The position numbers were made by a program, and so were the translations under genes. A stretch of DNA of 64,000 nucleotides from positions 1,571,579-1,635,578 of the forward strand of contig OZ253582.1 of the NCBI GenBank assembly GCA_965263085.1. Reading direction: 5' to 3'. This document shows, piece by piece, positions 56,928 to 64,000 of the stretch. Numbering within the stretch: the stretch's first letter is position 1; each line of letters begins with the position of its first letter. Source of the DNA: Nitrospinales bacterium (GTDB taxonomy: Bacteria > Nitrospinota > Nitrospinia > Nitrospinales > VA-1). The notes beneath the pieces are model-generated. The model saw only the letters and a list, made by a program, of their open reading frames with translations. It had not been told where the DNA came from and ran no database searches.

Positions 56928-57434
56928 TTAGTTCATCAAAAGGTTTTCAAAGTACAGGATGTTGTCCGGGCTGGCCCAGTCTTCCGCTCCTCTCAGTTCA
57001 CCGATGATATTGCCTTCGGGATCAATCATAAAAGTGGTGGGCAGGCTGACCACTCCAAATTTGTTGCTGGCCTGCAATCGCTGGTCGAGCAGGATCGGGA
57101 AGGAAAGATTATTGGCTTTTACAAAAGGCTCTACAATCTTTGCTCCGAACATATCGTTGGAGATGCCAAGCAGGGAAAATTTTTTTGACTTAAAACGCTG
57201 GTGCAGAGTTTCCAGTGAGGGCATTTCCACTTTACAGGGACCGCACCAGGTGGCCCAGAAATTTACCAAGACGTATTTCCCTCTTTGCTGACTGAGGCTG
57301 ACTTCTTCTCCGCTAAGAGATTTGAGGGTGAAGTCTGGCGCGGGTATGGTTTCCGCTAGGGCAAGTGTCGAAGAAAGCAACAGCATGACCCAGACAGATG
57401 GGTAAAACAACGCGGGTTTCTTTTTGAGGATCAT
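56928..57434 (-). CDS. TlpA/ResA-like periplasmic thioredoxin (thiol:disulfide interchange protein)
   Basis: Signal peptide and the WATWCGPC active site. Its stop lies 5 nt before the FGE-CcdA start. Confidence 0.9.
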   Translation of the reverse strand: MILKKKPALFYPSVWVMLLLSSTLALAETIPAPDFTLKSLSGEEVSLSQQRGKYVLVNFWATWCGPCKVEMPSLETLHQRFKSKKFSLLGISNDMFGAKIVEPFVKANNLSFPILLDQRLQASNKFGVVSLPTTFMIDPEGNIIGELRGAEDWASPDNILYFENLLMN

Positions 57435-57537
57435 AAAGGCTTTGTCTCGGATAGGAAAAGATTGGGGGGATAAAGTACCTGTAAAAATACGCCAGCTTCG
57501 TTAAGGGGGCCTGAATCAAATCAGGAAAGAGGCGAAG

Positions 57538-57759
57538 TTATTCTACCGCTTCAACACAACGTACCATCGGGATAGCTTTCTTTAAGGCTTTTTCAATGCC
57601 CATTTTCAAGGTCATGGTGGAACTGGAACAGGAAACGCAGGCTCCCACGAGCCGGACTTTTACAACCCCATCATCAATGTCGACTAGCTCGACGTTACCG
57701 CCATCCTGGATGAGCATAGGACGCACACTCTCTAGCACTTCTTCGACTTCTTCTCTCAT
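57538..57759 (-). CDS. NifU-C/Nfu-type Fe-S cluster carrier
   Basis: VRPMLIQDGGNVELVDIDDGVVKVRLVGACVSCSSSTMTLK. I prefer ATG 57759. Confidence 0.88.
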   Translation of the reverse strand: MREEVEEVLESVRPMLIQDGGNVELVDIDDGVVKVRLVGACVSCSSSTMTLKMGIEKALKKAIPMVRCVEAVE

Positions 57760-57810
57760 GAAAGACCCCTTGTGGTGAATCACCCAGCTCTCTTTTAAAA
57801 AGAGGGAACA

Positions 57811-57839
57811 GGATAACGGCTTATTAAGCCGGGATAACG
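57811..57839. promoter_or_regulatory. Composite motif upstream of nfu: an 8-bp direct repeat flanking a 15-bp palindrome
   Basis: GGATAACG (57811-18), the overlapping palindrome CGGCTTAtTAAGCCG (57817-31), then GGATAACG (57832-39). The direct repeats are 21 bp apart. Confidence 0.25.
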
Positions 57840-57881
57840 CTTGTTCGTGGTTTAAAGCTATGGCTCACTGCTGTCTGACCG

Positions 57882-58639
<758 letters not shown>

Positions 58640-58700
58640 ACAATATTCTGTGATGTTTTTGGGGTGATGTCAAATAGTTTTGGTGGATTGTTCTACGGCT

Positions 58701-58991
58701 TCAGAGGTGGGTTTTGACGACCAGATCGTCGTTGACGGTAATCTGACAGGCCATGCGGAAGTCTGCAGGCTTTTGGGCCAGTTTTTCTGTTTCGGTTTCA
58801 TTACGCGGTTCCACGTTTCCTGCGACAATCTGGACAGTGCAGGAGGTACAAAGCCCTCGCCCTCGACAGTTCAGAATTTTGTGAATATGGGCATAAATAC
58901 TGAACTTATTGCGGATTGCCGCTTGCCGAAGGTTTTCACCGGGCTCGACCTGAATTGTGCGATTTTCTTTCTCAAAATGAACTTTATGCAT
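58701..58991 (-). CDS. [2Fe-2S] ferredoxin-like beta-grasp protein
   Basis: 96 aa with CRGRGLCTSC...RMAC giving four Cys in plant-type order. The C-terminus DDLVVKTHL has no Gly-Gly. Confidence 0.75.
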   Translation of the reverse strand: MHKVHFEKENRTIQVEPGENLRQAAIRNKFSIYAHIHKILNCRGRGLCTSCTVQIVAGNVEPRNETETEKLAQKPADFRMACQITVNDDLVVKTHL

Positions 58992-59140
58992 GGCTGATGC
59001 CCGGAAAATTTAAGGTTTCTGGATCATACTGGACTCGGCCTCGGATTCGCAATCATTTTAACATTCCCACCTGCGAAAACGGATGGATGAAACTCCGACA
59101 ATAAAGGTAGGCGCGAGTGGTGAATTTTACCTGAGCCTGA

Positions 59141-60175
59141 TTAATGGATACAGACTTTTTTCATATTTTGGAAATCATCGAGAACCGCTCCAGCTCCCTT
59201 GACAATACTTAGGAGAGGGTCTTCGGGAATAAAGACTTTCAAGGCGGTTTTTTCTTCGAGTGCCTTATCCAGTCCGGGGATGAGGGCACCGCCTCCAGTA
59301 AGGTATATACCATTGGAGTGAATATCGGCGGAAAGTTCCGGAGGAATTTTTTCAAGGGCGCGCATGATGACCGTGACGATGGCGGTCAGTGGTTCTTTGA
59401 GTGCTTCGCGAATTTCGTTATCGTCAATGGTGATGGACATGGGAAGGCCGGTTTGAATATTCAATCCTTTGACTTCGGTTGTCATGGGTCCCTGTTGGGG
59501 AAACGCGTTGCCAATTTTCTTTTTGGTGCGTTCGCCTTCGAACACGCCGATATTAAGATGGTGTTGAAGCCGCATATAGCGGACGATGGACTCGTCGAGC
59601 TCGTCTCCGGCTACGCGCACAGACTCTCCGTAGGCGATGGTGGACAGGGAAATAACCGCGACATCGGTGGTGCCGCCACCGATGTCGATTACTATATTTC
59701 CTTCAGGTCGGTGTACAGGAATGCCAATACCGATCGCGGCGGCCATGGGTTCTTCCACGAGATAGACCTCCCGAGCCCCCGCCATAAGGGCAGCATCGAT
59801 CACCGCCTTTTTTTCTACCTGGGTGATGCAGGTCGGTACGCCGACAACCATGCGTGGTTTAAAAAACCTGTATTGGCTCAAGACTTTTTTAATAAAATAC
59901 TGAATCATCCGGTTGGTCACATTAAAGTCGGCGATGACACCGTCTTTCATAGGCCGGATGGTGTTGACTCTAGTGTGGGTTTTGCCATACATTTTTTTTG
60001 CTTCTATTCCCACTGCTTCCACCGAATTGTCATCCACATTCACCGCGACTAAAGAGGGTTCGTTTAGCACGATCCCTTCTTCGGGGATGTAAATCAGGGT
60101 GTTTGCTGTGCCCAGATCCATAGCCAGATCGGTGGAAAACAGGCTGAAAATATTATTGAATACTTTTTTTATCAT
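59141..60175 (-). CDS. mreB: Rod-shape-determining actin homologue MreB
   Basis: DLAMDLGTANTLIY, VIDIGGGTTDVAVISL and GIYLTGGGALIPGLD. Confidence 0.93.
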   Translation of the reverse strand: MIKKVFNNIFSLFSTDLAMDLGTANTLIYIPEEGIVLNEPSLVAVNVDDNSVEAVGIEAKKMYGKTHTRVNTIRPMKDGVIADFNVTNRMIQYFIKKVLSQYRFFKPRMVVGVPTCITQVEKKAVIDAALMAGAREVYLVEEPMAAAIGIGIPVHRPEGNIVIDIGGGTTDVAVISLSTIAYGESVRVAGDELDESIVRYMRLQHHLNIGVFEGERTKKKIGNAFPQQGPMTTEVKGLNIQTGLPMSITIDDNEIREALKEPLTAIVTVIMRALEKIPPELSADIHSNGIYLTGGGALIPGLDKALEEKTALKVFIPEDPLLSIVKGAGAVLDDFQNMKKVCIH

Positions 60176-60444
60176 GCCATTTTGACCGGATCAACTTATC
60201 TAAGTTTTTTCTAATTTTGAGAAGGTCTTCAGTCCCGGTGGGTTCTCTAGAGAGGCTATGATTTTTTCTATCATGGTGAGTCAATCAGGGGTGATTCAGG
60301 TGAACTAGAGAAGTTTGAGAAGAGTCCGAAAGCCCTATTTTCGATCTTTGCAAACCATCTTATAATGAGAGGTGATGGCTGTCAATTATTTTAAAATCAA
60401 CCTGTTCAATATTTTATGGGTGATTTGTCGGCAAATAAAATTGC

Positions 60445-60474
60445 TTGACAGAGGGGGGAGCCCATTTATATACT
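60445..60474 (+). promoter_or_regulatory. Candidate sigma70 promoter for the tRNA-Val/tRNA-Asp operon
   Basis: TTGACA (60445-50), an 18-nt spacer, then TATACT (60469-74). There is an A/T-rich stretch upstream, and the site lies about 50 nt before tRNA-Val. Confidence 0.5.
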
Positions 60475-60522
60475 CCCTCCCTCTTTATTAAGGATAAGAA
60501 ATCGTTCCGGATATTGCGATGA

Positions 60523-60598
60523 GGGCGGGTAGCTCAGCTGGGAGAGCACCGGCCTTACAAGCCGGGGGTCACAGGTTCGAGCCCTGTTCCGCCTACCA
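60523..60598 (+). tRNA. tRNA-Val (anticodon TAC), CCA encoded
   Basis: Hand fold: GGGCGGG TA GCTC AGCTGGGA GAGC A CCGGC CTTACAA GCCGG GGGTC ACAGG TTCGAGC CCTGT TCCGCCT A CCA. Confidence 0.92.
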
Positions 60599-60614
60599 TT
60601 CACCAAACGACCGC

Positions 60615-60691
<77 letters not shown>

Positions 60692-60701
60692 TTTCTCTTC
60701 A

Positions 60702-60743
60702 GGGCCAGCCTTTACAGGGTTTGGCCCTTTTTTTATTTTTTTT
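60702..60743 (+). terminator. Rho-independent terminator after the tRNA pair
   Basis: GGGCCA...TGGCCC stem (60702-07 / 60722-27) followed by T7-A-T8. Confidence 0.6.
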
Positions 60744-60866
60744 AGGAAATGTCGTATCGGCAAAAAACCTTGATACTTTACCCCTGACATAAACAAACAT
60801 TGAGCCGCTTTTCCCGTTGGGTCCTGAGGCTTGACATGCGCTATGTTTAGTAGTATATAACGATAT

Positions 60867-61631
60867 ATGCGTTATATTATCAAAAATATAGCGAGAGGGT
60901 TGATGGCGATAGGGTTTCTGGCTCTGCCCCAAACGGGCTGGCCGGAAGAGGTGCATGTCGCGGTTGCGTCTAATTTTTTGAATCCGCTCAAAGTAATTGC
61001 CCAACGCTTCAAACAGGATACGGGAAATACACTGATCCTTATTTCCGGGTCGACCGGTAAGCTGTATGCCCAGGTCCGGCATGGCGCTCCCTTTGATGTT
61101 TTGCTGGCGGCGGATGCCAAAAGGCCGGCTCTGCTGGAGCGGGAGGGGTTGGGTGTTGCCCGTTTCACCTATGCCGTTGGGGTTTTGGTGTTATGGAGTC
61201 CGGAGCCTCAAAAAGTGAAAGGGAAAGAGTCTTTAGCGCGAATGAAAAAGGGTAAACTGGCGATTGCCAACCCGAAAACCGCTCCCTATGGCAGGGCGGC
61301 TAAAGAGACTCTTGAACGTCTGGGTCTCTGGCAAAAACTGCGCCAGTTTCTGGTTCAGGGGGAAAACATTGCCCAGACCTTGCAGTTTGTCGCCACCGGA
61401 AACGCCGCGCTTGGGTTTGTCGCTAAATCACAGGTTAAGGACCCTCGTTTCAAACTAAAAGGCAGCCAGTGGGAGATACTGGCTGACCAGCATGAGCCGA
61501 TTTTACAGCAGGCCATATTATTAAAGCCGGGATTTTCCAACTCTTCGGCGAAACAATTTTTAAAATATCTGAAGGGGCAGGTGTCAAAGAAAATTATCCT
61601 GTCCTATGGTTATCGTTTTTCAGAGGAATGA
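60867..61631 (+). CDS. modA: Molybdate ABC transporter substrate-binding protein
   Basis: Signal peptide, VAVASNF, SGSTGKLYAQVRHGAPFDVLLAAD and IANPKTAPYG. Confidence 0.92.
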   Translation: MRYIIKNIARGLMAIGFLALPQTGWPEEVHVAVASNFLNPLKVIAQRFKQDTGNTLILISGSTGKLYAQVRHGAPFDVLLAADAKRPALLEREGLGVARFTYAVGVLVLWSPEPQKVKGKESLARMKKGKLAIANPKTAPYGRAAKETLERLGLWQKLRQFLVQGENIAQTLQFVATGNAALGFVAKSQVKDPRFKLKGSQWEILADQHEPILQQAILLKPGFSNSSAKQFLKYLKGQVSKKIILSYGYRFSEE

Positions 61632-61635
61632 AGAA

Positions 61636-62319
61636 ATGGATTTTTCCATGATTGACGCAGAACCCATTTTACTCACTCTGCGATTAGCGGGGGTGACGGT
61701 GGTGATTCTTTTAGCTATAGGAACGCCGATTGCTTGGTGGCTGGCGCGAACCCGGTCCCGTTCACGGGTGGTGGTGGAGGCGGTGGTGGCTTTGCCTCTT
61801 GTTTTGCCGCCTACGGTGCTGGGTTTTTATCTGTTGATCCTGCTCGGGCCGCATGGCTGGGTGGGCGGGCCGGTTCAGGCGTTAACGGGTTCGCCGCTTT
61901 CTTTTTCGTTTACCGGATTGGTTTTCGCCTCCACTCTTTATTCTCTGCCGTTTGTGGTGCAGCCGTTACACAGCGCTTTCGAATCCATTGGGGAAGTTCC
62001 TATGGAAACCGCCCGGTCTTTGGGGGCTTCCCGGTGCGATGCTTTTTTTTCGGTCATCACTCCTTTGGCCCGCCGGGGTTACCTGACCGCGGTGGTGTTG
62101 GGGTTTGCCCACACCCTTGGGGAATTTGGTGTGGTGTTGATGGTGGGTGGCAATATTCCCGGCAGGACCAAAGTGATTTCCATAGAAATTTATGACCGGG
62201 TTGAAACTCTTGAATACGCCCAGGCCCATATTCTTTCAGCAGGACTGCTGGTGTTCTCGTTTCTGATTCTGGTGATGGTTTATTCCATCAACCGGGGATT
62301 GCCGGAGCGGGTGACATGA
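61636..62319 (+). CDS. modB: Molybdate ABC transporter permease
   Basis: LTLRLAGVTVVILL... and the EAA-like loop ETARSLGASRCDAFFSVITPLA. I prefer ATG 61636, which lies after the modA stop. Confidence 0.9.
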   Translation: MDFSMIDAEPILLTLRLAGVTVVILLAIGTPIAWWLARTRSRSRVVVEAVVALPLVLPPTVLGFYLLILLGPHGWVGGPVQALTGSPLSFSFTGLVFASTLYSLPFVVQPLHSAFESIGEVPMETARSLGASRCDAFFSVITPLARRGYLTAVVLGFAHTLGEFGVVLMVGGNIPGRTKVISIEIYDRVETLEYAQAHILSAGLLVFSFLILVMVYSINRGLPERVT

Positions 62320-63428
62320 CAGATTTATTAACAGCGAAATTTAAAATAGATTACGCGGAGTTTAGCCTGAATGTGGAACTGAACCTCCCAGCAAAAGGCG
62401 TGACCGTGGTATTTGGTCCTTCCGGGTCAGGAAAAACCACCTTATTACGTTGCCTGTCCGGACTGGAAAAGGCTCCTTCAGGATATTTGAAATTAGCCGG
62501 GCAGGTCTGGCAGGATGAGGAAACTTTCCTTCCCATTCAGGAAAGAAAGGTTGGCATGGTGTTTCAGGAATCAAGATTGTTCCCGCATTTGAATATTCAG
62601 GAAAACCTGCTCTACGGTTATCAACGTACCCTCCCTGCGGAGCGCGATCTTCATCTTGATGAAGTGGTGCGAGTGTTGGATCTTAAGTCACTGCTAAAAC
62701 GCGTACCGGAAAAACTGTCGGGAGGGGAACGGCAAAGAGTGGCGATTGGCCGCGCCCTGCTTACCAGTCCAAAACTATTGCTCATGGATGAACCTTTGTC
62801 TTCACTGGACAGGCGACTCAAAGCCGAGATCATTCCCTTTATTAAAAGAATAGGAGATGAGTTTAAGATGCCTGTCATCTATGTCACGCATTCGATGAAT
62901 GAGGTGCTCCAGCTTGTGGACACCATGGTGATATTAAAATCCGGAAAAGTGGTGAACGTCGGGTCGGTGGAAGAAGTTTGCTCGGACGCGCGGTCGCGGG
63001 AAGTAGTGGGGGATGGAGAGTTGGGAGCGGTGCTTGAGACATTGGTCTCGGGACATGATGAGGAATTCGGGCTCACCCAGTTGGATTTTATGGGGCAGGT
63101 TCTGAATGTTCCCAGACAGAATATTCCTGTGGGGCAAAGTCTCAGGGTTCACATTCATTCCAAAGACGTGAGCCTTTCGACCGTGTCTCCTGACGGAGCA
63201 ACCAGTGTGCTGAATATTTTACGGGCGAAAGTAAAAAAGGTCGGTACCCTTGATCCTAAAGGGTATTCTGTCGATATCGAACTGGATGTTGGCCGTTCGA
63301 TTCTGGCTACGATCACGAGAAAGTCTCTGGTCAATTTAAACCTTCGACCAGGCCAAATGATTTATACTCACATTAAAGCTATCAAAATGGTTCACGAAAG
63401 AGGCGATTTTTATAGAAAAGAGGATTAA
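62316..63428 (+). CDS. modC: Molybdate ABC transporter ATP-binding protein with a C-terminal TOBE/Mop domain
   Basis: GPSGSGKTT, LSGGERQRVAIGRAL and LLLMDEP, with a C-terminal LNILRAKV...ATITRKS TOBE-like fold. It overlaps modB by 4 nt. Confidence 0.92.
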   Translation: MTDLLTAKFKIDYAEFSLNVELNLPAKGVTVVFGPSGSGKTTLLRCLSGLEKAPSGYLKLAGQVWQDEETFLPIQERKVGMVFQESRLFPHLNIQENLLYGYQRTLPAERDLHLDEVVRVLDLKSLLKRVPEKLSGGERQRVAIGRALLTSPKLLLMDEPLSSLDRRLKAEIIPFIKRIGDEFKMPVIYVTHSMNEVLQLVDTMVILKSGKVVNVGSVEEVCSDARSREVVGDGELGAVLETLVSGHDEEFGLTQLDFMGQVLNVPRQNIPVGQSLRVHIHSKDVSLSTVSPDGATSVLNILRAKVKKVGTLDPKGYSVDIELDVGRSILATITRKSLVNLNLRPGQMIYTHIKAIKMVHERGDFYRKED

Positions 63429-63430
63429 AG

Positions 63431-64000
63431 GTGGAAGTATCTGATTGCTTAGGAAATTTAAAACTGTCTAAAGCCACTGTAGGCCAGATTCTTATTGCTC
63501 TTGCTGTTTTTTTAGTTATGTCTGGCCCACTTGCTTACGGCGCGGATGTGGAGAAGTACGAATCAAAGCCCGCAGTTTTAGATATTCTTGAAAGGCTGTC
63601 CTGGAAGGGGGACTTCCGCCTTCGAACTCAAATTGATAAGCGAGATCAGGCTGGGGTGAATACACTGGATCGCAGCCGCTTGCGTATTCGTTTTCGCCTA
63701 GGTTCCACAATTCATCTGTACGAGGATCTGGATATAGGGTTTCGCCTGGTGACCGGCAAGGTTGGTGACGCGACTTCCTCCAACGAGACATTGGATGGAG
63801 GTTTTGGAAGTAAATCCTTCAACCTTGACCGCGCCTTTTTTAAATGGAGCCCGCGGCCTTTTACTTTAGAGGGGGGTAAGTTCAAAGTGCCTTTTATGAA
63901 ATCGGAGTTGATTTGGGATTCCGATGTCAATGTGGAAGGGGTCAGCGAGCGGTTTTCCCATAAGAGCGGCAATACTTATTTTGAACTTATATTAGGTCAG
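63431..64000 (+). CDS. Putative outer-membrane porin (3' end outside the window)
   Basis: GTG 63431 behind AAGAGGA. Signal peptide ...LVMSGPLAYG/ADVE, then amphipathic beta-strand-like sequence (FRLRTQID, LRIRFRLG, GFRLVTG). It is absent from the ORF track because no stop falls in the window. Confidence 0.6.
   Translation, partial: MEVSDCLGNLKLSKATVGQILIALAVFLVMSGPLAYGADVEKYESKPAVLDILERLSWKGDFRLRTQIDKRDQAGVNTLDRSRLRIRFRLGSTIHLYEDLDIGFRLVTGKVGDATSSNETLDGGFGSKSFNLDRAFFKWSPRPFTLEGGKFKVPFMKSELIWDSDVNVEGVSERFSHKSGNTYFELILGQ

Noticed and set aside
58701-58991. Treating the [2Fe-2S] beta-grasp protein as a ubiquitin-like substrate of the adjacent JAB protease
   Set aside because: It ends in ...VVKTHL without a Gly-Gly or extended tail, and it has a full four-Cys ferredoxin signature. 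No E1-like gene is nearby. I kept it only as a context observation.
61734-62195. A 153-aa alternative-frame ORF inside modB (Gly/Ala/Arg-rich), and the 6633-6800 and 7171-7362 MEKDKEFHR-type ORFs in the Sel1 region
   Set aside because: These are out-of-frame readings of GC-rich or repetitive coding sequence. The real frames carry the ModB and Sel1 motifs.

Overview
This is a bacterial chromosomal window. LPS heptosyltransferase, a PagL-like deacylase, an outer-membrane porin and TatA point to a diderm; I cannot assign a taxon from sequence alone. Most of it is core housekeeping: the tail of the ribosomal spc/alpha cluster (rplO'-secY-adk-infA-rpmJ-rpsM-rpsK-rpsD-rpoA-rplQ), rho-rpmE-prfA-prmC-murA, queG, hemE-hemH, pcrA, hflX, trmL, glnS, dnaN, mtgA, purH, nadK, an ECF sigma/anti-sigma pair, tatA, dapF-dapA-dapB, mreB, tRNA-Val/tRNA-Asp, and modABC plus a porin. 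Seven stretches are accessory or unusual. (1) A low-GC two-gene islet abuts the 3' end of tRNA-Arg(TCT) at about 28.1-30.0 kb; it carries an RHH-like protein and an orphan 236-aa protein, with no integrase. (2) A B12-domain radical SAM enzyme has a Cx7CxxC motif and a PqqD/RRE-like C-terminal tail, is coupled to a PNPOx-fold protein, and has no recognisable precursor peptide (24.9-27.7 kb). (3) A periplasmic FGE/SUMF1 domain is fused to a CcdA thiol-electron conduit and coupled to a TlpA-like thioredoxin, next to a JAB/ferredoxin/Nfu cluster (55.1-59.0 kb). (4) A Sel1-repeat gene made of near-identical 108-bp units is broken by a 2-nt deletion. (5) A 72-aa (KKKAT)n protein is encoded by 12 nucleotide-perfect 15-bp repeats. 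(6) mtgA's proper N-terminus is only reachable by a -1 shift on an A8 tract. (7) A small ORF upstream of crcB carries an in-frame TGA. No CRISPR array, rRNA, transposase or integrase was seen. All calls rest on reading the translations and the DNA by eye; no database searches were run.
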